33,704 nt of DNA from positions 1 to 33,704 of the forward strand of contig JALMLS010000465.1 in assembly GCA_038496445.1 (NCBI GenBank), written 5' to 3'. Of this stretch, positions 21,941 through 33,704 are shown one piece after another. The notes under the pieces are model-generated. The model saw only the letters and a list, made by a program, of their open reading frames with translations. It did no database searches and had not been told where the DNA came from. The translations under genes were made by a program, and so were the position numbers. Within the stretch, counting starts at the first letter, position 1. Every line of letters begins with the position of its first letter. Source of the DNA: Trichosphaerium sp. ATCC 40318. Lineage: Eukaryota > Protista > Tubulinea.

Positions 21941-22322
21941 TAAAGCAGGAGTCTATGAGTATTTTGATTTTATAAGACTAAAAAAATCAGCCAACTCCTA
22001 GTCACTGAAGAGTAATACACGTGTTCTATTTATTTTTTTATTACATTAAACGTGAAATATGAAAAGTTACAACGCCTACAGGTTGAGTTTATTCTTGACA
22101 CAAACCAATTGGTTTGCATGTCAAAATCTGTTGTACAGATTGCAACAGAATACTATTAATGGCGATTCTATTCTCATCCAGATTAACTTCTACATGCAGT
22201 TCAATGCAATGAAAGTAATTGTAAACTCGGACAATCTGTTTTTGGTTTGTCCATCCAAAGTCACGTGACTTGGCTTTTTAGTCGTAAAAAGTAACGAACT
22301 TAATAACACTTCCAGATTGGCT

Positions 22323-24052
22323 ATGGCTACGTTAAAGGTTATCACGTTTTCGGCTTTAGCAGCAACAGGTGAAATATGTTGCTTAGTTGCCGCTGGTAAG
22401 TGAAATAAACAGGTTTTTGCCAACGAACAAACAAACGCGTAAACTCGCTTATTTAAGGTATTACGATGACTCGTATAGGCGTCTTAAGTGACAATACAGT
22501 ACAAAGTATTTCAAACCTTATAAAATCACTTATTATGCCATCACTGCTATTCGCAACAGGTCCGCCACCTTTTTTTTTCTGGCAAAAAGCCAAAAAACAA
22601 TACAAAATTGTCAAAAAAGGTTATGACTTAAAACATTAAGTGTCTGACGTTGTAACACTTTCTCAACTTGTTAAATACTGGCCCACATTCGTATTTCTTT
22701 ATTTATATATTGCACTTGGTCTCTTCATTGGCTGGACGATAGGAAAGTGCGTGAAAATAATCAAAGAAACTTATCCTTATACCTTTTAAACTCAGAATTT
22801 TCCGCACATCGACTTCCTTTAAGTATTACTTGATGTGCGTTCTTGGACTCTCAAGTACGGCAAGTTTTGCTCTTGCTTATACAACCTCTCTCATAAAAAA
22901 TTCTCCACAAGTGCGTAATGAGCGTAAGTAGACATGTTTTTCTAATCATCCAATAGCTTTTTCAATCCGATGCCAAAGAATCCACCGAGATACTCTTAGT
23001 ACATCCTATTTTTTATTAAAACCCTTTACTTATTAAATAGAATCGGAGCACATCGTATGTACTGTTGATTGCTATATTCATGCAATTTCCGACATGGTTG
23101 ATTGGTTTTAATCTCTTGGCAAAGAATAAGGATGTAAAATCTTTAGTTTCTCAACAAGCACTAAGACAAACTTTCTTTAGAAGGAAGAATCAAGCAGTTC
23201 ATTTGACAATATGATACAAACCATAAGCGATACAGAGACGGAGATGCTAATCGAAGACTCTGGAATAGAAGATGTTGTTGAAGATGCTGAAGATGTTGTT
23301 GTTGAAGAAATACAAGAAAACAACTGGCAACGTATTAAAAGATACTCAAAGCTAGGTTACGGCATGTTAACTCCTCCAATTTGTGTGGGTGTATTAGGTA
23401 CGCAGAAGACTGTGTTGTTTACAGGTTCCGTTGCTAAGCTTTGTTAGCTATATTTATTGGCTGCGTACCACAAGTCCGTGCTTTGTTTCATGAAAGTAAA
23501 TACTTCAGTGGCACTCCGCCTTTGAGTTTTATTACTACAGCATGTACACTGATTGGAAACTGCCTGGTGCCACTTGCTATGATAATTCTAGGAAGTAAAA
23601 TAGCACGTGTAAGTCTTCTTTTTTTTTTCTTTTTTTTATGTCACCACAGCAGCTTATAACTCCGCGGACTTACGATTTATAGGGGCCACCAAAAACTGAT
23701 ATAAAGTTTAAGTGGCTATCAGCAATTTGTTTTATCAAGATGGTGCTTATACCTGCTTTGTTTACATTTGGTATAGTGTTTTTCTTGGCTCATAAAGTAA
23801 TTGGGTTATTCGATAATGATAAAGTAATGTTGCTTGTTCTTATGATAGAAGGATGTAAGTAGTATATGAACTGTTCAGTAAGTTCTTGTAACGTTATGGT
23901 TAGGTGCACCTACATCCGTCACTGTTGTTGTAATGGCAACTATTCATGGAAATATGTCAAATGGAGTGTCTGCGTTATTGTTCTATCAGTACATTGCAGC
24001 AATCTTAACTGTATCTTTAAGTGCAATGGCCATCATGGCTTGTATGGGATAG
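22323..24052 (+). CDS. Auxin efflux carrier / PIN-LIKES (Mem_trans) family transporter, multi-exon
   Basis: ISNLIKSLIMPSLLFA, a central acidic loop, TPPICVG, PLSFITTACTLIGNCLVPLAMIILGS, IKMVLIP, DKVMLLVLMIEGCAPTS...LLFYQY. The frame is kept by GT-AG introns. Confidence 0.8.
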
Positions 24053-24590
24053 TTGTATAAAATTGTAGTGGACTGTGTAATACGAGAGTTGAGTCATAAA
24101 CATTACTGTTTTTTCAATTGAAATTCGTTTTCTTTCATCTGCATCAAGAAGTAGCCGTGAAAACAATAGGAAAACCCAAACACTATTGACGTTGTATTTT
24201 TACAATTCGCAATCGCTAGATAACGATATAGACACGGTGTCTCGGAGCACGTGATACCTCTGATACATTCATTGAATAGGTGTCTCGAATCCTCTCGTTA
24301 CAGTTCGATCTGTGTAGCCGGATCATTCTTGTCAGTTCGTGGTTTTTAACCAAACACGAGATTTCAATAGACAAAATTTAAACTATAAGTATGCTGTGAC
24401 ATCTATCTTATCACTATATAAAATTGGAGCAAATATTACGCCATGACTTTTTGTTTTTGCGATGAATCTGCTTCGTGAAATCAAGTGCGTTTTGTTCACT
24501 TAAGCAAACAATATTGTTTTGAAGGCCAATCACATCACACATCTCTTGTTACATCGCAGCGTCTCTTATTAAATAAATACCTTTGATCAC

Positions 24591-25764
24591 ATGCATTTTA
24601 CATCCATATTGGGGTTATTGGTCTTAATTATATCTATTTCTTGTCGCCAAATACCTCCTGGATATGTTTATGGTGTGGCTTCATCACTAACTGATCCTGA
24701 AAATGTTGAAGTATTTTATACAGACTTAGAGTTTAATAATGGTAAATTACTATTACCTCGCCTTATACTTAACTATTTGTAGAACCTACTTCTCTGGGCG
24801 TCACTGCTACGTTTACGCTTCAAATAGAACAATTTCCAGTCATAAGTAAGCCAAAGTTTTTTATACCAAATGCTGTTTTTACAGGCTGATGACACTTTTT
24901 TAGTACCTTCATTTGATGGCTCGATGATTCTTTTGACAATGATAGATGCCAGTGGATTTAAAGTAATAGTTAAATCAATTGACAACACATTAATATGTAC
25001 TGGCGAATTCCCAGAGTTTGTTGCTGCCGGTCAATTTATTGATGATACAACTTTCATTGTTTGGTTTAGCTCGACATTCACAGTGGCAACATATAAACTT
25101 GACATAACAAATACGGATAACTGTGTATCTTCAATATACTCATGCGGAACACCAATAAGACCTCCTGGATTTGTTGGAAGTACGTTGGCGAACAACAATT
25201 TGTTCTTTTTTCTTCTTTTTTTCTCGCTTAATATGACTTACTTTTTCGGTTACAGTGGTAGTTGATAGCGAAACAACAATGGTGGCTGTTTTTCAAAGAT
25301 CTGGGGACACTGTGCTTTATACTATTGATACACCAGCTTTTTTTGTTCCAGGAGCATGTGTTATTGACATGGCATCTGTCAATACTTTAGGTACTGTTGG
25401 GGGTATTTTCTTGTTAGCAAGGCTTGATGATACCCGGAATATTGGTATCGACGTTAATACCGCCACCCCACGAGTGTCAATAGCAATTGATAAAACAACA
25501 GGTACTTATGTTCTCTTCAATCATTTATTGTTTATTATATTTGGCTTACAAGAATTGTAGGCACTCAAACACCATATAGAACAATTCAATCACCAAGCAT
25601 CACTATTCCAACATTCTACCCAGGTTTGATAGCTCCGTGTGTATCAAGGTGAATTGAAAGAAAGATTATCATCTTCGATACTCACTTAACTTGTGTTTAG
25701 TAAACGGTCAGCAAAGGCAGTGGCGTCATTAAATGAAGAACGAATAGCACTGCTACATCGTTAA
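24591..25764 (+). CDS. Secreted protein of unknown function, copy B (6 exons)
   Basis: Signal peptide MHFTSILGLLVLIISISC, five GT-AG introns keeping the frame, ends ...NEERIALLHR*. Inverted paralog of 3795-4959, with homology extending about 160 bp upstream and 50 bp downstream. Confidence 0.8.
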
Positions 25765-26225
25765 GTACTAGGGTTGTTTAATAAACTTTATACTTGAAGT
25801 GCTTTTTAAATTGTGTCATGAATTTATCTAAATACGCTGTACTATAGCGTAATATCACTGGCCTTGTACGCTTACAATGGTAAGTAAATAGTCTAGTGTG
25901 ATGCTAGTATTGTTATAGCCATCAGGTCACCATATCCAGTATTACTGGACAACTACAATTAGTGGTAAACATTGTTGAGGGCTATTTTATTTGCCAAGAA
26001 AATTCCCCATTCCGCTTTAAGTCATACAATGTTGCTGCCTTCGAATATCTAGTTTGTACAACCGAAATTAATGACTAACATGGAAACCTGGACCCCTCCA
26101 ATGGTCAACTTGGAGCAGCAGCTTTTTATAATTTTACAAGCTCTGCAGTTTTTGAGAGGTGTAAAAGGGTTTAGTACGCACTTGGAATTGGCAATTGCAC
26201 TTGACAAAAGCCACATGTGTACATT

Positions 26226-26505
26226 TTATTTAGCTAAAACACCTTTTTTTACAGATAATTCTTTGGCAATACTCTTCACATTATCAGTCTCAAAATATGG
26301 TACACCAGCATAATCGCAAGATCTTGCATGTCTTTTCTTGATACTTTTACATCCATATGTTCCGATTTGTACCCAACAAGTAACTTACACTCACTCTAAG
26401 CAAAAAAAAAAAGAGTGAAACTGGCGATTCATAAACCAACGTCTTGACGCATACCTGAGCTGATTTGTCATCAATAAATGCTGCATTTTCAAGTGAATCC
26501 AATAA
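26226..26505 (-). pseudogene. C-terminal fragment of a Rab-like small GTPase
   Basis: DSLENAAFIDDKSAQ|SECKLLVGYKSEH..VSRKDMQDL, a 1-nt frameshift, then DYAGVPYFET, matching the degenerate G4/G5 region (KLLVGNKxD...FxETSAK). No P-loop present. Confidence 0.5.
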
Positions 26506-26512
26506 AAATCCA

Positions 26513-26635
26513 AGGGAGTACCTTTGACAAAAGTCCCTATTTCGGCTATTTTTCCGATTTTCCAAGGGTACTCCCTATGACAGCGGACCGTTTACAGACC
26601 CGTCTTTTGCGTTTCGGTCCGTAACCGGTTCGGAC
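26513..26635. repeat. Cluster of three inverted repeats/hairpins
   Basis: AGGGAGTACC(T/C)TTG arms bounding 26513-26576. CGGACCG/CGGTCCG at 26584-26590 and 26615-26621. Palindrome GTCCG-T-AACCGGTT-CGGAC at 26617-26635. Confidence 0.7.
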
Positions 26636-26885
26636 TGGTACTTCTCTAGAACTGGCTAATTGAAGGAGTTGTAGTTAGTGGTTAAGGAGAATGTGTATTT
26701 TGACGGATGATTAAACCGATAAAAATATAAACAACATTTTCTCCCATTTTTGAGAGTGGGAAGCTACTAGGTCTGTTTCTTTTTCACAAATGAAGGGTAG
26801 CTGTGAACTCAGTTTGAAGGAAATTTACTATTACAGTTTGTACAGTGTTTTTCGACATGGAATTTACTGGTTTTATGATTGGTAC

Positions 26886-28653
26886 TTAACTTGTACCCTT
26901 CAACAGAGAGTTTGTATGTGTAAGTAATCCCCTTTTTTTTTATAAGCATGATTGTTGGTTTTTTTTTTTCTTACCTTTGTTTCGCTCTTTTGCTTGATGC
27001 ATCTGAGAACTTCTTCCAATCCCACTCTTCATCTGGATACAAGTGTAATAAAATTCGAGGCCATTTCCTTACAAGACCAGGTGCACCAACATCAGTGATA
27101 TCTTGAGTTGAAACACGGTACCTTGTTGTATGTTTGTTAGTCAATAGTAAATCAGAAAATTTTGAGAAAGAACACAAATGTGGTGTACCAGTCCTTCGGT
27201 TTTTGCAGATTTAATCGTTTCTTTATCTTGTTTAAAATTTTTACAATATTCCTTGTAGTTGCCCAATACATATTTGGCTTCTTACTAACCCAGAAAAACA
27301 AGTGTCAAAAAAAAAAGATGAAACATGAAAAAAGTGTTTCCATGAAATATGCTGTGTACCTGAACTCTGAAGCTTGCCAGTTATAATCAGGATATACTGA
27401 TTTTAACATATAAGAAGGAGAATCATTATAACTAAATGAATAAGAAACTTGACAGTAAAGAGCGAACTTGACAACAAAAACAGAAAAAATCGAAAATCAC
27501 TCTCCCTTAACGTACATCAGAAGAAGTGTCCTGCCACCTCTATTATTTATTGTTCCACATCTTATAGTATACCAATCATCTAGAGTTTTGAAGTTAATAT
27601 CCTTGGCAACTCCGTTCAAGAATAAGCCTTGATTGTGTTTATCTTCCCACTATCCACCAGGCATGTTTCTGAACAAAATATAAGGTCACAAAGAAAATAC
27701 AAACACCGCACTCGAATCGCCATATTACCCACTCATACTCAGGGTAAGCATCCATCAGTGCAGCTGAATATGATCTATTGTATCTAAGGCTTACTTAGAC
27801 TATTCCAACAGGCTACAGCAAAAGAGTTCTTCCGGGATTTTTGGTACGTACTTGCCAATGAGTGACGAGTTTCCTTCAACAAGACACAAGCTAAATCCAC
27901 TCACTTTATACCAATCAGTCATTAGCATAACTTTTAATGTCACAGCCATATGTTCAAAATAAGCTCTAGAGTTCTTCCGTGTCCAACAATCAGTCGGCGT
28001 AAGTCTAGTTCCAAAAAAGTCAGTTAAACCATAATTGCATCAATTAGGCACAACAAAAACATTGTCACGTGATAAGCACGTTGCTAAAAAGAAACAAGAA
28101 AAGTAAAGCTTCAACAATAAAAAACTCAGTTCACTAAAGAGAGAAGAGTAAAGGCGTACTTGAACTTCCAAACTTGCCAATTGTAATTGCTGTAAATTGA
28201 CATGAGAGCGGTTGGCATACAACCCTCGAACCTGCACCAAAACGTCTTTTTTAATTGTACAATCGGTACAAAGCGTAGCTTACAGCTTTAATAAAGCGCG
28301 TGGAGTGGCTTTGACCGTTTCTCGCTTCAATGTTGCTTTATCAACGTCATACCACCCCTCAGCTGTTTTCACGCCAAGATCTGTTGCCCAAGAGTCCATT
28401 TCCATTCGTTGGTTAGCGAGTATGTAAGAACTGACTGTAAATGAGTTAGACTACCGCACACTCCATAACAGTTACTCTACAGACCATATTTTACAGTATT
28501 AACCGATTGTAATTTTGCAAGCTTTAAACGAGATTTTCTGGCGTTAAATAGGCCTACGCTCGATCTAACAAGCATAGAGAGCGGGTTAAAACGCCGTACG
28601 GCGCTATACGGCCGGTTGTGGATAATACTCAAAGTCAAACATCTTCTCAACAT
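26886..28653 (-). CDS. Trp-rich tandem-repeat protein with a probable mitochondrial transit peptide (multi-exon)
   Basis: N-terminus MLRRCLTLSIIHNR is basic with no acidic residues. Repeats of the form W......F...A..L......DWY.V....I...GG..LL..Y..S....L...YP.Y.W..WKF. Ends SSKRAKQRGLLTHTNSLLKGTS*. Confidence 0.65.
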
Positions 28654-29105
28654 CAACTCAAACGCTGGTTCTAAACACATCAATTTACAACTTATGGGCG
28701 TAGTCTTGGCGTTTTTACTACATTTCAGCGTCTCATTCAGTATTGGCTATAAAAATGGCGACAGCGGCAGTTAGACGCAAGTTTAGGCTAATATTCGGTT
28801 CATTGCATGCATCTTTTTGCTGAGAAAATAGAGTCGTTCAGTTACTTTTTTTATTTTATTTTCCTTCATGAACGGCAATTTTGGATGAAAATTGATTTAA
28901 ACGAAGTTGTGAAGATACCGTAATTATTGTATATGTGCTATTATTTTAGTATGTTGCAAGCATGGAATTCCCGTAGCTCTCCCAAAACTCGAGAATTCTG
29001 TGTTTCTTGGTTTTTTTTTTTCTTCCAAAAATGATTTTCTGTTCACTGAGAATAGTAAACTTATTCGAATACTTTTAAGCCCAAATACAAGCATATTATT
29101 AAACA

Positions 29106-29143
29106 ATAACAACCAACACAACAACAACAACAACAACAACAAA
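29106..29143 (+). repeat. (AAC)n microsatellite in the actin 5' leader
   Basis: Imperfect AAC run directly upstream of the ATG at 29153. Confidence 0.8.
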
Positions 29144-29152
29144 CTTCAAAAA

Positions 29153-30780
29153 ATGAACGTAGACGTACAACCAGTAGTTATCGACAACGGAAGGTACATA
29201 TAAAAATCGCCAAAAGAACCAACTTCTACTTTCGTTTCATTAAGTATTCACTCTCTAAATAACTTTAATCTCACCTTGTATAGCGGTGTCTGTAAAGCAG
29301 GATTTGCAGGAGAGGACGCGCCTAGAGCAGTATTCGTAAGTATTTACTATGTGAAAATAACAGCAGACTTTTGTGTGAAACTACCTTGTTCAGCTGTGCT
29401 TACAACAAATCTTTAGTCATCTTTAATTGGAAGACCAAAATATGCTTCTGTCATGCCTGGTATGGGCACTAAGGAGCTATACGTTGGCGATGAAGCGCAA
29501 TCAAAGAAGGGTATTCTTTCACTCAATTATCCGATTGAGGTACCAATTTGCTTTTAGGGCGCCCGTTGGTATTCTTGCTAATACTTGCCAGCACGGTATC
29601 GTCACAAATTGGGATGACATGGAGGCGATATGGCACCACACTTTTTACAATGAGCTCCGAGTTGCACCAGAAGAGCATCCAGTAATGCTTACGGAAGCTC
29701 CATTGAATCCAAAAGCAAATAGGTATGTACCAGCTTTTTTCCTTTTTGATCTTTTACTAGGGAGCAAATGACCACCATTATGTTTGAGACCTTTAATACG
29801 CCTGCGATGTATCTATCTATACAAGCTGTTCTTTCACTTTATGCGAGCGGCAGGTACGTGCTCTTACAAACAAACTAAAGAGCTTACCTTTTTATCTCCA
29901 GAACAACAGGTGTCGTGCTCGACATGGGTGATGGCGTATCACATGTAGTTCCAGTCACAGACGGATACGCTATGAAACATGCTATTCAGAGGATTGACTT
30001 GGCAGGACGTGACTTGACAAACTACATGCAGAGGATACTATCAGAGAGAGGATATTCTTTCAAATCATCTGCAGAGCAAGAAATTGTTAGAAACATGAAA
30101 GAAAAATTATGCTATACAGCACAAGATTTCGAAAAGGAAATCATAAAGTCACAACGTATAAGATTTATTCTTCCTTAATATGATTACTTAGTCTTCTTCT
30201 AGAATCCTCACAACTTGAGAAAGACTACGAGCTACCAGATGGTCAAGTAATCACAATAGGAGCTGAAAGATTCAGGTACACAAACAGCTTATGAAAAAAT
30301 TGTTTCGACTCACGTGATTTGTATTAGAGTACCTGAGGTTCTATTTAAACCATCTTTTATCGGCATGGAAAGTGCTGGTATACATGAACACTTATATAAC
30401 TCGATCATGAGCTGTGATATAGATGTCAGAAAGGACTTGTACAAAAATGTTATACTATCCGGAGGAAGTTCAATGTTTCCTGTACGTCTCACTGCTTTTC
30501 GCTTCACTACTTTATACTAACACTATTATAGGGCCTCCGCAAGCGTTTGAAGACTGAGTTAGAGACTCTTGCCCCAAAGACAATGCAGATTAAGTGCTTA
30601 GCACCTCCAGAGAGGTACAACAATAATTCCTAAACATAGCTAATTTTCCGTTCTAGAAAGTACTCTGTATGGATAGGTGGATCAATCCTAGCCTCTTTGT
30701 CTACTTTTGGTAACATGTGGATAAGTAAAGAAGAATATGACGAATGCGGAGAGAGCATAGTCCATAGGAAATGTCATTAA
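29153..30780 (+). CDS. act: Divergent actin (9 introns)
   Basis: [109 protein letters not shown]...IVHRKCH*. All 9 introns are GT-AG. Confidence 0.95.
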
Positions 30781-31103
30781 ACTCAACTTGTAACAAAAAA
30801 CTACATAAAAAATACAGAGTTTTTTTTCACCTCAATATCAAGTACTTCCTTTTTTCTTCTTGTTTTCGGTTTTTATGTTCATTTGCATGAGTACCGTATT
30901 AACACGGCCATCAAAATATTATTAGGAAAGAATTCACGTGTGCAGAGGCAAAATATTGTGAAACTACTTTGGTAGTAGTAAGTGACAACAAAGAAAATTG
31001 ATGGTTTTTTTTGGTATTTTTTTTTTTACTAAAGCTTCGTTGCGTTGCTGTGTTGCAACAAACAAGCATGTTGCTATTGTACAAAGAGATCAAAATATTG
31101 TGT

Positions 31104-32934
31104 TTAAGCATTTGTAGTATTAAAGAATGCATTTTTAAGGCGACCCAACGTAGTTGTATCCTAAAAGTAAACTCAGAAAAAAAAAACATTAAAAAAAACT
31201 GATGAGAGTTTTAAAGCAAAGTCATCTTAAGCGTAGTGTCTTAAGGTTTTTTAGTGAAATCCATACCTCAGCGCTCTTCTTCTGAGCAGCAGTAAGTTGA
31301 GCTTCTAACTTTTTGTTCTGTGCCTAAGAAGCAATTAACGAGAGTGAATAAAAAAATATACAAGAGTTGCTGATAGAAGTACAAAATAAAAAACTCACCT
31401 CCAGTTGTTTAACGCGTTTTTCAAGAGCACTGTTCTTTTTCTCCACACGCACTACATGAGCCTAAATGACATCAATACACAACAACAAAAATAACAAACA
31501 ACGAAAGGACTAAAAAGTAAAAATAAGAAAAAAAAAGAAACGGTTGCTTACCTTAATGCTAGCAGAATGAAGTTCAAGTAAGGCTGATATCTTTTGAGCT
31601 AATGCGTCACTCTTATCATCAATTACAGGATGTCTATTTACATCGCTCACAGAAGAACCAGAAGAACTCTTACGCAATGTATCTTTCTTAGGTTCAACAC
31701 GACTAACTGCTTTCACAGCAGGCTTAGCCTTTACTACTGGCTTCACTTTCGCTGCTGGTTTCACAGCGTCAGAGCTCTTACGAGATCCTGAATGGTTCGA
31801 CGATACTACACGTTTTGTACCATTATCTTTAGGAAGAGGCTAATAACATATAAGACTAGACACGAAGCACGTACGTGTCTCAAAAAAATAAGAAAAAAAT
31901 AAGAAAAAAAAAAAAATGTCTTTTCGAACACGTGTTCCTTGAAAGAATTTGTGAAATACCTCAATAGTATCAAGCAAGTTTGTCAAATCTTCAGGTTCAG
32001 GGATAATATCATCACTCTTGGTAGAACCAAGAATAGGATCAACAAGAGGTAAAGTAGTAGCTGACGATGTTGAACCAGAAAGTTTTGAAGGAGGAGTGCT
32101 TCGAGGAAATTGTTCATTAGTCGCATTGGCATCAGGTGTCAACGGTAAAATAGTATCTGTAGTTGTAGCCTCAGGTGATATATCTCCATTATTACTGAAT
32201 AAGTGACTTTCTATACAAGACAAGAAGTGTAAGTCGAGTTTCCAAAACGAACGTTTTTCCAAAAAAAAATTGCTTTTTTTTTGACTTCTTTTTTTAACGT
32301 TCGTTGTTTGTCAATCAGTACCTAGTGGTGTCTGTATAGGTAAAGCTGAATCACTCATGTACTCTGGCTTGTTTGCGGGCTAAAGTCAGGTTACTTGGCC
32401 GAGAAAATAAGAAATTGCGACTCACCTTCATAGGCGTAACGTTAGGTGATCCTGACGCGTCTAAAAGGGCGAAAAGAGGCATTGATACATTTCCAGGAGC
32501 CTTTTAAAGAAAATGAGTTAGCTACGTGTAGAAAATAGATTCTAACGAAGAAAAATCCTGTATAGGACTGTAGCTGGCATGAAAATAGCGACGTTAGCAA
32601 TTTTGGGAGTTTTTGCCACAACAATGCGTTTTCGGTTCTCAAATGTTATACCGTGGCAGATCTAGTAAGCGCTGCTGGTTTTTGTGGCGAGAAAGCCGCA
32701 GGTAGTGCAGATGGAGGTGTAGCTTCCTCTAATAAATGCGTTAAATACAGCGTTAACGTTTAACGTACTCTTTGGTGAGTCGAAGAAGCCTAAATCCTCG
32801 TGCTTGATAATGGGTTCTTCTTCCTTTGGCTTTTGGAAGGGATCAAACTCCTGGAACGAGTTTCCTGCTCCTTGTTGTGCCGTATTTGAATCAAAAGGGT
32901 ACAAGGAAGACAAACCACCTAGCGAATCTGCCAT
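31104..32934 (-). CDS. Hypothetical Pro/Ser/Thr-rich protein with a C-terminal coiled coil (multi-exon)
   Basis: Starts MADSLGGLSSLYPFD...EFDPFQ. Low-complexity exons, then heptad-rich LAQKISALLELH...LEKRVKQLE|AQNKKLEAQL. The last exon and stop are tentative. Confidence 0.55.
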
Positions 32935-33228
32935 AACTGCGTTTAAAGAGTTTACCAAGTGATTACTTGTTTAATTATACGAGAGAAACGCGTTAACAAA
33001 GCGAAACAAGCGAAAACAAAGACCTTTTCAAGAGTCCATTTTGTTCTTCTTCACAGAATTTTTTCAAACCAAAAACTGGTCAGTATCTCAACTACCGCCC
33101 TCTCGTTATGGCTCATTATCAAGAATAACGCTACTCGGTACTGAAGCAAAGCTTTTTAACACAATACAAAGCCAAGAAAATACAGTACAAGAATGAACAA
33201 ACAAAACCCAAAAATAGGAGTGCCTTTT

Positions 33229-33704
33229 TCAGTCGTTTAAGACTTTGGCACGTTAACGGTAAATGGAGATCCATTTATGTGCCCCTTTTCACGTGACATC
33301 TTCTTGCGTGCAACAACAGATACTTTATAAGCACCTTCCACCTTAGGTTTCCAAGTAACCTCAAACTTTCCTTCACCTTTAAAAAAAAAAAGTCAAAAAA
33401 AAAAGTTCAAACAAAATCGCTGGTCGCTGCTCGTACCCTTGTCGTCTATACTCTTACGAGCATATCTTGGTCCTTTAATCTCAACATCGAGCTTATACTC
33501 TGATACTTTAAAAGGGTTACCAAGTTGGTCATTGATTTGAATGATAAAGACATTCTGCTCTTGGACTTTAACCTTATCGGAGTCCTAGAAAAAAAAAGTT
33601 AATTTCAATCATTACTGTCACGCCTTTGAAGTACTCACCAAACCATCACCAGAAAGTGTTGACTCCTCAAAAGATACATCGAGTACATCATCGCTTGCAT
33701 CTTT
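33229..33704 (-). CDS. Filamin-type Ig repeat protein, 3' end (5'-partial)
   Basis: STLSGDGL...FIIQINDQLGNP...LDVEIKGP...IDDKGEGKFEVTWKPKVEGAYKVSV...HINGSPFTVNV matches the filamin repeat consensus. Confidence 0.85.

Noticed and set aside
24846-24905. Apparent in-frame TGA after the first AG acceptor in both paralogs, suggesting stop-codon reassignment
   Set aside because: A downstream TTTAG acceptor restores the frame. Actin, the esterase and the transporter translate cleanly with the standard code.
33051-33145. Possible extra exon fusing the filamin gene to the downstream 31104-32934 gene
   Set aside because: The candidate splice phases I tried hit stops. The filamin frame ends naturally at VLND* (33229), and the next gene has its own ATG at 32934.

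Overview
AT-rich eukaryotic (protist, probably amoebozoan-like; this is an inference) genomic DNA. It uses the standard genetic code and many short (~35-100 bp) GT-AG introns, often with GTAC or GTGCGT donors. Host-type genes: a 7TM membrane protein, a type-B carboxylesterase, a PIN-LIKES/auxin-efflux-carrier-family transporter, a probably mitochondrial Trp-rich repeat protein, a divergent actin with 9 introns, a low-complexity coiled-coil protein and a filamin-repeat gene. These surround an accessory zone (~8-22 kb) with intron-poor F-box-LRR and F-box-MORN genes, ankyrin and Rab relics, and a hAT MITE with an intact 8-bp TSD. The main finding is an intron-rich piggyBac-like DDD transposase gene (minus strand, ~13.9-17.8 kb). 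Its N-terminus is a complete USP/C19-like cysteine protease domain (Cys box, Zn-ribbon cysteines, His-Asp box), and its C-terminus can splice in frame into a decaying mucin-like TTEAP exon-intron array. Shared degenerate repeats bracket the whole ~8 kb. Two other observations stand out. An inverted pair of secreted-protein paralogs shows hypervariable coding patches beside a near-identical intron. The palindrome CACGTG is strongly over-represented in host DNA, often just before splice acceptors, and was not seen in most of the transposon region. All gene models were spliced by eye and no database searches were run.
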